In this document: piece by piece, positions 1 through 14,074 of the stretch
Position numbering within the stretch: position 1 is the stretch's first letter
Layout: every line of letters starts with the position of its first letter
Source: Camelus ferus
Taxonomy: Eukaryota
Assembly: GCF_009834535.1 (NCBI RefSeq)
Contig: NC_045697.1
Span: 38,008,001-38,072,000 of the forward strand
Length of the DNA stretch: 64,000 nucleotides
Direction of reading: 5' to 3'
Notes under the pieces: generated by a model
The model's input: the letters and a program-made list of their open reading frames with translations, nothing else
The model's database searches: none
What the model was told of the DNA's origin: nothing
Translations under genes and position numbers: made by a program

Positions 1-134
1 ATGGTTGGCAAAAATCTGCATTGAATAGGGAGATACTAAATAATTATAATTAAGGAATAAAGAAAGCATATGGGGGGAGTCGGGGAAATATTCTTGATTA
101 TTTCTAGATTCTTGATACTGAACAAGGCAGTCTA

Positions 135-292
135 GATTCTTGTTACTGAAAATGTGGTCCAGAGACCATCAGCATCATGTGACAGCTTGTTAAAATACAG
201 AATCTTGGGCCCAACCTTAAGTCCTACTGAAACAGATCTTCATTATAACAAGGTCTCCACGTGATTTGTATGACAATTTAAGTTCGAGAAAT
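135..292. mobile_element. MER5-like hAT-Charlie DNA transposon relic
   Basis: Motifs gtggtcc..accatcagcatca, cttgttaaaatacagaatcttgggccc, cctactgaa and aacaag..ctcca..tgatt. Confidence 0.65.
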
Positions 293-2699
293 AACAAACT
301 AAAGGACAGGAAGAGGTAATAGTTGAAAGGATTCGAAACTATAAGAATAGCAATTTGCAAAGGCACAGGCCTTTATGAGATGAGAGAGCATCCTATTTGA
401 GAACTTAAGAGGCTTAGCATTTTCTTTAGAGAAAAATCTAGGCATATCACAACTGGAAGTTTTAATTACTAGAGCATGAAGTGAGAGAGAGTAGGAGTGG
501 TAGAGGGGTGGAAGCAAGTCAAGAAGAGCCTTACTATAAAGGGTCTCATACTAACATTGAAGGAATTAAAATTTACTGCTTTAAAACTGAATCATAAGCC
601 TAAAATTTCTCTCTCTATATTCTATGTAGTTCTAAAGTATAAGGCAGGTTTTATCCATGATACTTATATTTTATAGTCATTAATTAAATACTGAATAATC
701 ACCTTACTTCTAATAAATATCCTAACAGTCTGAGGCATTAAGAAATTCTACTTTATTATATTTTTCATTTAAAATTAAGAAAATAGTGTAAATTAATGTG
801 TATCTCTAACTAAACCAGAAAAGATTAAAGGGCATGAGATTCTAAAATATTCTATCATTGTTTTCAAATGTACATTTATGAGAATAAGAGAGAATAACCC
901 TTGATAAATGATGCTGCACTGCCTATGCGGTTATGGCTGCAGAAATGGGACTGTAAAGGGCTAAGAAGTCTTAAAAGATAATGAGTGGGGGAGTCAGATT
1001 TAAAAATAAAAATAACTAGCTCCAGGATAAAACAATGATTTTAAGTGTCTGGGTCAACATCAGCAGATGGAATACAAAATTACAGAATTTTAGAGAATAG
1101 ATTTTAAAGATCACCTCTGGTCCAACAGACATACTTATTTTATCATGGTAATAACAGAGGCTGGTTCTATCATCAGAACAAAAAGAACAGTGCAAAGGTA
1201 ACACAGCCAATTTAGACGAATTTAAAAAGAACCGTTTCAGTTTAAACTTAAAAGACCAGATCTGAGACTTACATAGCAACAAGTATATGCTTGTTTAATT
1301 ACCAAAAGGTAGAACAGGGCAAACAACGGGGGAAAAAAGGACCCTAAAAACCAGGGCTTAAGACTATATAAACAGGAGCCATGCTAATTATAAGGGAAAT
1401 AAATCCAAAATGCTTTAGGAAGACAGACTGGTAAGCATTAGGCTGTTTTAATATTGTTGTTAACAATATTTTTCCAAATACTATTTGTTGTCTAGCTAAC
1501 TGAATAATGTAAAACTACATCTCTAAAAGTCTAGTCCAAGAGTCCCAGATCTTTTCTCTACTTTCCCAGACAATTGACAGACATGCTATATTTAAGGGAA
1601 GATAAGGGAAGAAGTGAAGTAGGCCCAAATAAGCACTCTAGAGCAATTGTTACAAGATTCCTCTTGACTTCTTTAAATGGTGTTGAATTAACTTTAACAA
1701 AACAAAGCGGTAATGGGGGAGCACCCAAAAGGTCTTGTGTGGGGACTACCCTAGGACTGATGCTTTCAGTACAAAAAGACTAGTAGGCAGAGTCATAATT
1801 GCTCTTGCTATGGATTCTAAGGATTCATTTTTAGAAGACATGAAATGTCCCTACACGCAGCAAGGAATTTCAAATAGATGGTGTAATATAGATTAAATAT
1901 TATTATTAAAAGCCTTTTTTCTTTTTTTTCCTGAAGTATAGTCAGTTTACAATGTTGTGTCAATAAAGCCTTTTTTCTTAAATATTGACATTAATAGGCC
2001 AGTGTGGTATGCAATAATGACTTTGAGAGGATCAGTTATAGTCATTGGAATCCAAAGATCACAAATCATAAAGGATCAAGTTACAGTTACGAATCAAATG
2101 CTCCTTTATATAAGAAACTTGAGCTCAGAATCATTCAGTGATATGACTTCCCAGCTGAGTAAGTACCACGATACTATTTTATCACAGTGATGGTCAAGAA
2201 CGGCATATGTTTTTTACAAATATTTTAAAAGCCATTTAAAAAAATTATCAAATGGGAAGGTATTAATAACAAACTCTGTAAGCAATTCAAACTTTGCCAA
2301 ATATGGAAGCAGATATGTTTTAAATTCAGCATGCAACATTACACATAATTAACAGAAAATCTCAGTGCCTGGCATTCCATCTTTGGAAAAGAACTCATGT
2401 ATAAAATAACACATTCTGCATTAAAAATAAACTATGCAGTATCTAATGACATGATACTACTTGTCCTCTGAATCCCATCTGCTGTCACCTCTCAAGGCTT
2501 TCCACTTCTACAACACTAATTTCTCCCTCTATAACTGGATTATTCTGATCAACATCTTAGTATTTTACCTTAAAAAAACAAAGCACAAACAAAACCCCCC
2601 TGACTCACCATCCCCCTTCAGGTACTGCCTTCCTTTTCTGCCTGCTTTTACAGAGAAACAACTTACCAGAGTTGTATACAGCTGGTGTTTCAACATCTT

Positions 2700-5000
2700 T
2701 AATTCCACTCTCTTATTTTTAAATTTAGTGTTTATTTTCACAAATGTATCCTTGTTCAAAGTTTCAAGTGTCCAAACAGACTTATGAGACTTTTTAAAAA
2801 ATCAGAAGTCCTCTGATCCCCATTGCCTATTTCCAACCACTTTCATCTCTTTAACTGTCTCCTTGGGTAGTTAACTCTCTAATAACTTCTACTTTGTTAC
2901 TTCTTGATTCTTTCTGTTTTAGGTAGGGTGCCTCCTACACATTCCCAATTTATTCGAGTTTTCCCAATGTAAGCAAGCAATAATTACATTGCTTGCTTTT
3001 GCCCTCAAAAGTGTCTTTGTTTTTTAGGTTTTATCTATTGAACTTCACTATGAAAAATAATAATATAGCTTTAACTCCCCTATCCTTACCTCATACATAT
3101 GCCTACTTGCCCAGATTCCCAACACCGTGATTTTTGGCTAGGTGGTTATACTCAGAATTAACATTATTATGATTCTGTAAATGCAATTAACAGCTGAGCC
3201 ATATAGTATACTAATTACTTTTCTTTTCTAGTTTTCCCTAGAGTTAATCATTGTTTTATTATTTACCTAGTTTTCTACATACTTATCACCAATTCAGCCC
3301 CAAACTCTTCTCTGTCTAAATCTACTCTTGATATCTTCAAACCTATTACAAATTCTACCAATTTACTCTTCTCACAGATATTTCTCTTGGTACCTTCTGA
3401 CCAATTCCTACTGGGACTGGATGGCTGTAACTGGTAATCGTAGGATCATTCTTCACTATCATCCTAGTGATTTCCTGGGTCTCTACTTAACTTGCATTTC
3501 CTGTTTTTCCTATTCTATCGGTTCATTTTTGTAGTTTACTTCTTTTTTGTTGAGTTCCTCCTACAATAACTGCCCAAGAAAGGAAACACAGCAGATAAAA
3601 TTTTTCTGAGTCATCACAAGTCTACAACCGTCATTAATCTTTAATCAACAGTTTAGCTAGATATTGAATACTGAGTTGGAAATAATTTTTCCTTAAGAAT
3701 TTTTTTAAAGGCTTCCCTATCTTCGAGTTTCCAGTGTGGGATCAAGAAGTCCAAAGCCATGCTGATTACTGATCCTTTATATGTGACCTCCTATTTTTCT
3801 TATTTTGGAAGCTCCACTGTGTTCTAAAATTAAACAATAATATGCCCTATTTTGGACTAATCTTCATATTTGTATTGGTCATTCTATGGGCTCTTTCTAC
3901 TTGGAAATTTGTGTCCTCTAATTTCTGGACAGTTTTGTTGAATCGTTCTCTATTCCCTATTTCTCCCCTCTAATTACTCTATTCTCTTTTTCTGGAACTC
4001 GTATTATTTGAACACTGAAGATCCTGACAATTGCTCCAATTTTCTTATTTCTTCTCTCCAATTTTCTCTTTGCTTCACTTTCAATATATCAATACTATTT
4101 TTGAGCCCTTCCATTGAGTTTTCCATTTCTAATTTCATTTTTTATTGTTTCTCCTTTATATTTCACAGCTTTAGCATCTCCTCTTACCTTTCTGAAACTA
4201 TTAAATGACAGTTATGTGTTTCTCTCAATTCTTACCTACTGAGTTGGTCTCCATTTCCCCTAACTTGGTATTTTCTTTTTTGGTTTGGTCTTTGACTCTC
4301 ACAAAAGAGGCATTCCTAAAATGTCTAGTGATCTTTGGTCACAGGCCCATATTTAAGGGTAGGATACTGTGAACTTTGTTGTAGCAATACCAGGTTGGAA
4401 TATTTCTTTGGGGAAATTCTTAATGTTGTTATCTTCAGACCATTTCTCTAGGTTGGTTTTAATTCCTAGAGAAGACTCTTCTAAACTGTTCACTGAAAAT
4501 TACAAAAATCTGATTAGCCTAGAATCTTAATCCCTTATTTTTAATATAGTACCCACATTTTCAACTATGTTTGGTGCCCTCTATTTTGTCCTTGCTAGAA
4601 AATAAATCTCTAGCCCTCTGCTAAGAAAGGCAAGAGGGATAGTTGCCTGGGTTTCCAAAGTCAGGGAAAGGATTTATGGAGCAGAATAACCTTATAAACA
4701 GATTTTCAACAAATCATCCTGTTTTTAGTCCCACCCTCACTCTTATTTGCAGAAGTAAAGAATACATTCAACTCCTGAACATTTTAGAGGCCCTACAGTA
4801 ACACAAAGTTTGTTTCTGAACATTCCCACAGTGGGCCTGGGATTCTAGGGTCTATAAGACAGTTACCACACTTCCTTTGGCTTTTCAGGATCCAAAATTT
4901 TGTTGCAATTATTTCCTCTCCCATTCTCTGCTCGTTCAGAAAAATCCTTTAGCATTAATACAGTTTCGAGAGAAAATGGAAGTTAACTGTATTTTTTGCC
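2700..5000 (-). mobile_element. Ancient, highly decayed L1 fragments set within an L2 relic
   Basis: T-rich decayed L1-like text; L2-like sequence flanks it at ~2460-2700 and ~5020-5400. Confidence 0.4.
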
Positions 5001-5074
5001 ATCTTTAATCGAACTTTTTCATTCTCACTTCATCAGTTTTAATCAGGCTTTCATCCTCACCAACTCCCACTGAG

Positions 5075-5208
5075 ACTGCTCACTTTTTTTTTGGAGGGTG
5101 GGGGAAGGATGTAGAGAAAACCAGCACTTTTGTATATTTATTGCTGATGACACTGAGAAAGTCAGCTAGCAGTACCTGCCAGAACTTACAGTACATATAC
5201 TGCTCACT
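5075..5208 (-). mobile_element. Short retroposed insert with A tail and target-site duplication
   Basis: actgctcact repeated at 5075-5084 and 5199-5208; T run at 5084-5092; internal AATAAA on minus at 5137-5142. Confidence 0.55.
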
Positions 5209-5399
5209 CTTTACTACAGTTATCAACGACATTCATGCTGACAAACAGCTGCTTTACTCTACTCTCAGTAACGTGGGATATAAATGACTATTTATGCATT
5301 TATTACTTTTCTTTTCCTGGCTTCTGTGACACAACACTTTCCTACTTTTCTATCCATCTCACTAGCTGCTCCTTCTCTGATTAGTACTGGTATGTCCTT

Positions 5400-6947
5400 G
5401 AGGAATGGCCCGGCAGCCAGTAAGACTGAAAGCCACCCTCACCTACCAAAGCACACACAGTAGTCAGCCCCATCACATCAGAAAAGCCACAAAGGGGACA
5501 CTACTAGAATATATGGCTCTGGTGACCAGACGCAAGTGTGCTACTGGGCCGCACAGGACTTCTAAATAAGGTGACTTTTCCAAGATTGGGAAACATAACT
5601 GACATACATAGTATATAAAAATAAACACAGAAAATCAGGCAAAATGAGGAGATAGGGGAGTATGTTCTAAACTACAGAACAAGAAAAAAAGGCAGAAAAA
5701 GAGCTAAGTTTAACTAGAGATAAGCAATCTCCCTGATAAAGAGTTCAAGGTAATGACCATAAAAAATGTTCAAAGAACTCAGGAGAAGAATGAACAAAGG
5801 CAGAAGTTTAACAAAGAGTTAGAAAATATAGAGAAGAATCAAAAAGAGTTGAAGAACACAAAAACTGAAATAAGAAATACTGCAGAAGAAACCAACAGTA
5901 AATTAGATGATACAGAGAAATAGACCACTGAACTGGAAGACAGAGTAGTGGAAATCATCCAAGCTAAAGAGAAAAAGAAGAATTTTTTTTTTTAAATGAG
6001 ATGCCTTAAGACACCTTTGGAACATCAAGCATACTAACATTCAAATTACAGGAGTCCAAGAAAGGTGAGAGACAGAGGAAGTGGCAGAGAACTTATCTGA
6101 AAAAATAAACCTGAAAACTTCCCTAACCTGGGAAAGATCCATGTCCTGGCCGAGGAAGCACAAAGAGTTCCAAACAAGATCAACTCAAAAAAGTCCACAT
6201 CAAGAAACACTGTAACTAAAATGGCAAAAATTAAAGATACAGAATCTTTAAAAAAAAAAAAAAAAAAGGCAAGAGAAAGCAACTAGTTAAGTACAAGGGA
6301 GCTCTCAGCAGATATTTTGAAGCCAGAGGGGAGTTTCAAGATATATTCAAAGTGATGAAAGGAAAAACCGACAACCAAAAGTAGTCAACTTGACAAGGCT
6401 ATCTTTCAGATTTCAAGGAGAGATAAAGGGTTTTACAGACAAGCAAAAGTTAAAAGAGTTCAGCACCACTAAACTGGCTTTACAAGAAATGTTAAAGGAA
6501 AGTCTCTAAGTGGAAAAGAATACCATAACCAGAAATACAAAAATTCCAAAAAAAAAAAAAAAAAAAAACCAACTCACTGGTAAAGGAAAACATACAGTAA
6601 AGATAGTAGGTAGGAGGAAGACTGAAAAGCAAAAGTAGTAAAATCATCTACATCCACAAAAAGTAGTTAAGGAACACACAAAACAAAAAGATGTAAAATA
6701 TGCTGTCAAAACCATTAAACACTGTGGGGGTGGCAAGTAAAAATGCAGGTTTGTTACACTGCATTCAAACCAACTTAAAATAATCTCATACACACACACA
6801 AAGTTATATGTAAATCTCATGGTAACCAATACTCAAAAATCTTTAATAGATACATACACAAAGAAAAGAAAGGAATTCAAATAAATATAACATTAGAGAT
6901 AGAAATCAAATCACAAACGAAGTGAGCAGCAGATGAAAGGAACAACC

Positions 6948-6978
<31 letters not shown>

Positions 6979-8770
6979 AAAGCAAAAAAATAAATAAATA
7001 AATAACCTAGAAAAACAACCAGAAAACACTTAATGAAGTGGCCAGAAGTACATATCCAACAATAATTACTTTAAAAGTAAATGAACTATGAATAACTGAA
7101 AAATTGTGCTGAACACTGGAATTTGACACAACATTGTAAAATGATTATAAATCAATAAAAAATGTTAAAAAAAAAAAAAAGTAAATGAACTAAATGCTCC
7201 AATCGAAAAACACAAAGTGGCCAAATGGATTAAAAAAAAAAAAAAGACCCAAACATACGCTGCCTACAAAAGACTCATTTCAGAACTAAGACATACAAAG
7301 AATGAAAGTGAGGAGAGGGAAAATGCTATTCGATACAAACAGAAACAAAAAGAAAGCTGTATCAACACTTATATCAGACAAAACAGAGTTTAAAATAAAG
7401 ACTTAACAGGAGAAAAAGAAGGACATTACATAATGATAAAAAGATCAACCCAAGAAAAAAATATAACAACTGTAAATATATACACACCCAACACAGAAGC
7501 ACTTAAATACACAAGACAAATACTAACAAATATAAAGGGAGAAATTAACAGTAACACAACAGTAGGAGACTTTAACACCCCACTTACATCAATGAACAGA
7601 TCATCCAAACCCAAAATCAGTAAGGAAATACTGGCTTAAAACAACACTTTAGATCAGATGAACTTAATAGACATATAAAGGATATTCCATTCAAAAGTAG
7701 CAGAATACATTCTTTTCAAGTGTACATGGAACATTCTGCAGGATAGATCACATGCTAGGCCACAAAATAAGTTTCAATAAATTTATGAAGACTGAAATCC
7801 TATCAAGCATCTTTTCAGACCACAATAGTATGAGACTACAAATCAACTATGAGAAAAAAATGCAAAAAACACAAAGATGTAGAATCTAAACAATATGCTA
7901 CTAAACTACCAACAGGTCACTGAAGAAATCAAAGAGAAAATTTTAAAAATACCTACAGTATAATACAAAAGAAAATGGAAACACAATGATCCAAAATCTA
8001 TGGGATGCAGCAAAATCAGCTGCAAGAGGGAAGTTTATAGTGATACAAGTTTACCTCAGGAAACGAGAAAAATCTCAATCTAACCTAATCTCCCAAAGGA
8101 ACTAGAAAAAGAAGAACAAAGAAAACTCAAAGTTAGTAGAAGGAAAGAAGTAAGAACTCAGAGTAGAAACAAAGGAAATAAAGACTAAAAAACAACACAA
8201 AAGACCAATAAAACAAAGATCTGGTTTTCTGAAAAGATAAACAAAACTGATAAACCTTTAGCCAGATTCATCAAGGAAAAAAAAGAGAGAGAGAGAGAGA
8301 GACCCCCAAGTAAAATCATAAGTAAAAAAGGGGAAGTTATAAATAACACCACAAAAATACAAAGGATCATAAGAGATTATAACAACTATACACCAATAAA
8401 ATGAATGACTTAAAAGAAATGGACAAGTTCCTAGAAACATACAATCTCCCAAGACTGAATCAGGAAGAAACAGGAAATATGAAAAGACTGATTATCAGTA
8501 ATGAAATTGAATCAGCAATTTTAAAAACTCACAACAAAAAGAAGTCCAGGAGCAGACAGCTTCTACAAGCGAATTCTACTAACCACTTAAATAAGTGTTA
8601 GTATCTATCCTTCTCAAACTATTTCAAAAAACTGAAGAGGAAGGAATACTTCTGAACTCATTCTATGAAGCCAGCATCACCCTGATAATAAAACAAGACA
8701 AAGACACCACAAAAAGAGAAAATTACAGGCTAAAATCACTGATGAAAATAGAAGCAAAATCCTCAACAGG
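5400..8770 (+). mobile_element. LINE-1 remnant: ORF1, spacer, ORF2 endonuclease to start of RT; frameshifted, 3' truncated
   Basis: ORF-track peptides NIYTPN..VGDFNTPL, EMDKFLETYNLPRLNQEE and [11 protein letters not shown]. Confidence 0.93.
7089..7176 (+). mobile_element. Very short polyadenylated retroelement 3' end (L1-type) nested in the older L1
   Basis: Perfect 16-bp TSD aaaagtaaatgaacta (7073-7088 and 7177-7192), TT/AAAA site, AATAAA and poly(A). Confidence 0.8.
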
Positions 8771-8892
8771 AAAAAATTTTAAATAAAACATTACTCAAAT
8801 TAGTGTGTCAAAATAGTTTATGGATTTTTTATATATTTTTTCAGGGAATATGTCATTTCAAAGTATATTCCAAGATACAACCCTTTCATTAC

Positions 8893-8984
8893 CTTTTGTA
8901 TTTTTTGGATCTTTTGAACTGATTCTTCAGAAAACTATAGGTTCAATGTATCCTTCTGTATGGCTGACCATCAGTCTCAGAATT
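8893..8984 (-). other. CLOCK: CLOCK 92-nt 5'UTR exon carrying a uORF
   Basis: tttaaacag|AATTCTGAGACTGATGG...ATACAAAAG|gtaatg; colinear with human CLOCK 5'UTR exon 3 as recalled. Confidence 0.87.
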
Positions 8985-9179
8985 CTGTTTAAACAAGAAA
9001 AACAAATTGTTAGATTTATTCAACTTACATAGCCATTTATCATGAAAAAGGTTTTAAAATAATTTTGAAACATAACAAAATTTAGAACTTCATCACAAAA
9101 ATGCATGTAACAAACGCTAAACTCTACAAATTGTTTCTAAAAGAAAATAACTTAAAAAGTAAACTACAACAATCATAAT

Positions 9180-11650
9180 TCTTACTACAGAAGCTAAAAG
9201 AAAGTATAAAGATAAGTGTAACCATAAAAATATGTTAATAAATACACAATATAAAAAGATGTAATTAGTGACAGAGAAAACCAAGTGTGGTGGGGGAGAG
9301 AAGTAAAAGAATAGAGTTTTTTGAGTTCAGTTGTTACCAGCTTAAAACAGACCATTACAACTACATAATGTTTTATGTAGACCCATGATAAGCACAAAGA
9401 AAACACCTTCAGAGGATACACAAAAGGAAATGAGAAAGGAACCAAAGCATGTCACTATTAAAAAAAAAAAAAATCAGTGAAACATAAAGGAAGACAAGAG
9501 AAAAAAAGTGACAAAAAGACAAAAACAGTGAACAAAAAAGACAATAGTAACTCCTTCCCTCTCAGTAATGAATTTAAATGCAAATGAATTAAAGTTACCA
9601 ATCAAAAGACAAACTAGGTAAATGGATTTAAAAACAAGATTCAACTATATGTTATATATAAGAAACTCACGTTAGATTTAAGGACACACACAGACTGAAA
9701 GTAGAAGACTAGAAAGATAACCCATGCAAATGATAACCAAGGACGCGAGAGTGGCCACACCTGTATCAGACAAAATAGACTAAGTCATAAACTGTCACAA
9801 GAGAGAAAAAGGACATTATATAATAATGAAAGGGTCAAATTAATCAGGGAGATATAGCAATTATAAATACATACACAACCAACATCAAAGCACTCAAAAT
9901 ATTTGTAGCAAACATTGACAGAACTGAACTGAGAAAGAGATAGCAACACAGTATTAGCAGATTTCAATACCCCAGTTTCAACAATGGACAGAACCTCAGA
10001 CAGAGATCAATAAAGAAACAGATGGCTTGAACAGCACTGTAGACCAATGGACTTAAAATATTCCACCAACAGCACCAGAATACATGTTCTTCTCAAATGC
10101 ACATGGAACATTCTCCAGGATAGATCATGTTAGGTCACAAAACAAGTCTTATCAAATTTAAGATTGAAATCCTATCAAGTATCTTTTCTGACCACAATAG
10201 AATGAAACTAGAAATCAGTAGTACAAGGTAAACTGGAAAATTCACAAACATGGCAATTAAACACTCTTGAAAAATCAACAGGTCAAAGAAGAAATTACAA
10301 AATGTCTTGAGACAAACAAAAACATTACACATCAAAGCTTATGGGATGCAGCAAAAACAGTACTAGGAGGGAAGTTTACAGTGGTAACTACTACATTAAA
10401 AAAGAAGAGAGATCTCAAATAAAGATCCCAACTTTACATCTCAAGGAACTAGAAAAAGAACAAACTAAGCCCCAAACTAGCAGAAAGAAGGAAATAATAA
10501 AGATTAAAGAAGAAACAAAATAGAGAATTAAAAAAAAAATTTAAAAAATGAAAGTTTTCAGCAGAGAACAAGAATATGAAACACTGCAAGCAATACCACA
10601 GAAATACAAAGGATCATAATAAACTACCACGAACAATTAAGCACCAACAAATGAGGTAATCTAGAGGAAATAAATTCCTAGATACATACAACCTATCAAG
10701 ACTGAATCATGAAGAAACAGAAAATCTGAACATACAAGTAACTAATAAGGATATATGAATCAGTAATCAAAAACCTCCCAATAAAGAAAAGCCCAGGGCC
10801 AAATATTCAACTGGAGAATTCTACCAAACATTTAAAGAATTAACACCAATCCTTCTCAAGCTTTTCCAAAAAACTGAGGAGAAAGGAATACCTCCAAAGT
10901 CATTTTATGAAGCCAACATTACCTTGAGACAAAGCCAGACACACCCACAAGCAAACATCCCTGATAAATACAGATGCAAAAATTCTCAACAAAATATTAA
11001 CAAATCAAATATAACAGCACATCAAAGAATCACACACCATGATCAAGTGGAATTTATCCCTGGGACACGATGGCTTGCCATACAAAAATCAGCTAATGTG
11101 ATAAACCACATGATAAAAATCATATGATTACCTCACAATTAATGTAGAAAAAGCATTTGACATAAATCAACACCCTTTTATGATAAAAACACTAAACAAA
11201 CGAGGAACAGACAGAAATTTTCTCAAGATAATAAAAGCCATTTATGAAAAGCTCCACAGCTAATATCACACTCAAGAGTGAAAAACTGAAAGTTTTTCCT
11301 CTAAGATGAGGAACCAGATAGGGATTTCCACTCTCACTACTTCTATTCAACACCATACTGCAAGTCCTGGCTAGAACAATTAAGCAAAAAGTAAAACGCA
11401 TTCAAATTGGAAAGTTAGAAGAAAAATTATCTCTGTTCACAGAGGTCATAATCTTATACGTAAGACAGTCTACAAAAAAGTTACAGCTAATAAACATCAA
11501 AGTAACAGGACACAAAATCAACATACAAAAATCAGTTGCATTTTTATACACTAACAACAAACACTGAAAAAGAAATTGACAATGCCACTTAAAATAGCAT
11601 CAAAAGAATAAAACACTTAGGAATAAACTTAACCAAAAAGGCAAAATTTT
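9180..11650 (+). mobile_element. LINE-1 remnant (ORF2 EN and RT, degenerate)
   Basis: Endonuclease-region motifs, HHDQVEFIPG, and the gaaaaagcatttga signature. Confidence 0.9.
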
Positions 11651-12289
11651 TGGTATGGAAAGAACTTCAAGACCTATCAATTTTAATTAGAAATGTTCTT
11701 TCATTAACAAGGAAATCAGGAATTTTCTTACTATTTTACATTGTAGATGTGGGATATCACTGTAACATTCTTATTTTTAACATTCTTCTAAATCATGAGC
11801 TCCTTCAAAGCAGGAATTATACTTTACTTATTCATCTATTACTAGGACTTGTCAAAATATCTGGCAAATACTAAAAACTCAACAAGCATTGTGAATAACT
11901 GAATTAACCAAGATCAACCCAACCTTGCCACATCAAAGTTAATACAAAACTTTACACTCAAAAGTTTGCTTCTGACACATCCAATGTCCATTCTAATTTA
12001 AAAAAAGAAAAAAAACAGGAATATATTGTATATGTAATATGACAGCAACAAAAAGGGGTTTTTTTTTTTTTATGGCAACAACAAAATCCTTGGAGATTGA
12101 AGGAGTCAAATAAAAACAATAGGTCTAAGTCAAAAACACCAGAGAAACAGGACTGAATTCCTAAACTACACATGAAGTAAAATTCAGAAACCAGATTCTA
12201 GTGTCCTACTTGCTTTTAAAGGTACTTTGGGATAGGGTTATTTAGTCAGAATTAAAGCATGTAACAAACTCACTGTGCTGGAGAAGGAT

Positions 12290-12425
12290 TAAGTATAGAA
12301 ATTAAGATCAGGAGTTTAGAGTCAGAAAAGCATGGGAGAAAATCTTTGGACAATTTACTTATTATCCTAAGCCTCAGAATTCTTACCCAAGGCAGTTGTT
12401 GTGAAGACCAAAGGATACAATCCAC
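12290..12425 (+). mobile_element. MIR SINE
   Basis: tttagagtcaga...ctttggacaatttactta...ctaagcctcag core. Confidence 0.55.
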
Positions 12426-12724
12426 AAGGATACCAATTATTAACAAAATAAACACAAATGGCATTTCCCTCTTTAAAAACCAAAATTAAATACTTAATTT
12501 GCAGTACGAAAACGGGTTATTATTTTTAACAAATAAGGGTTTCCAAAAGATACGCGTTAAAAAGTTAAAACCCAGCCAAAAAGAAAAGAAAAGTATAACT
12601 AAATAAGCCATGAAGAAAACAGATTATTAATAAATGTAAAAATTATTCCTGCCTAGAAATCAAAGAAATTCAAGTTAAAACATACTATAGTTAAATATTA
12701 GTGATTCCTTAAAAATTCTACTTC

Positions 12725-14050
12725 ATATATTATCACTTAGCAAATATTTACTGAGCACCAACACAAGTGACTAATACTATACTGACTGTAGTTTTCAAAT
12801 AGTGAAATAGACACAGCCACTACTTTTGAGGCACTTCCCAGAGAAGGCACAAAGTGCTCTGTGGATACACTAGGAGTGACAGAGAAGTTAAGGAAGTCTC
12901 CTGGAGAAGTAATACCTAAGCTGAGATCTAAAGGATAAATAAGAGTTCACCAGGCAAAGAGACAGATAAATTTGATCTATGCCAGAAAAACAGTGTATAC
13001 AAAAGTCTGGAGACATAAGAAGACCTGTGCGTCTAGAGTACTATAAGTGGTTAAGTATTACTAGAGCAAAAACCTAAGGACAGGGGTAGGGTAACAAATG
13101 AGAATGAGGTGAGCAGATCATGAAAAGTCACACAAAGGGACCCTCCCCCTACCCATGAAGACATTGAAAGGTTTTAAGCAGGGAAATGGCATTAATAGGT
13201 TTGTTCTTTTGAACTATCATTCTGGATACAATATAGAGAATGGAATTGAAGGAGGCAGGACTAGATTTAGGGACTAGTAGGAGTATTATAATGGTTCAGG
13301 TAACAGATATAGAGGCAGAGGTTACAGAAAGAAATATAGAAATTTTAATAGATACTAAGATGATTAGACAGAATTTGGTGACTGATGAACAGAAGTCGGA
13401 GGCAGGGAGCAGTCAACAGTATTACTCAAATTTTGGTTTGGACACATGTGTCAGTTAGATAGGTAACATAGGAGGAATAAATTAGAGGGGAGTGGGAAGG
13501 AATGATGTTGAAAGCAGTAGCTGACATTTTTTGAACATTTACTATGTGCCAGGCATTCTTCAAAGTTTTCTCTCATTTAAGACTCAAAAATCATATTCAC
13601 CTCTATTATTATGTCCATTTCACAGATGAGGAAAATGAAATACAAAGAGAAGAGGTAAACTGGCCAAGTTCAGCAGTAAACCTGAGATACAAATCCTGAC
13701 AGCTTAGCTTGAACTATGCTTTTAATCACTCTGTTACAGATACTTCAGAAATACTTTCAATGATGGATTCAGTTTTAGACATGTTGTGTTTAAGATATCT
13801 ATGGGACATGCAAGGAAAGTGTCCAATAGGCAGTAGGAAGTGTGGGTTTTGGCATTCAGGAAAGAACTGGGTGAAGATGTCAATGGGAGCCATCAACTCA
13901 AACATGTAAATTAAAAATAATGATTAGATGGGCTTTTCTAGAAAGAACATACAAAACGAGAAAAAAAGGCTAAGACTGAAACCAGGTGAAAAATTAGTTA
14001 TCTTAGAGACAGGTAGAAAATTAGCTAGTAAAATGGGAAGGAGGCAGAGC
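12725..14050 (-). mobile_element. L2 3' region interrupted by a MIR (~13515-13735)
   Basis: caaatatttactgagcacc (L2 end) and gaaaggttttaagcaggg; MIR tactatgtgccaggca...ccatttcacagatgaggaaaatga. Confidence 0.7.
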
Positions 14051-14074
14051 AAAGAATTTAAAGAAATGGGCTCT

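Noticed and set aside
1..5400. Searched for the CLOCK start-codon exon (MLFTVSCSKMSSIVD)
   Set aside because: Not found by eye; it presumably lies beyond the left edge.
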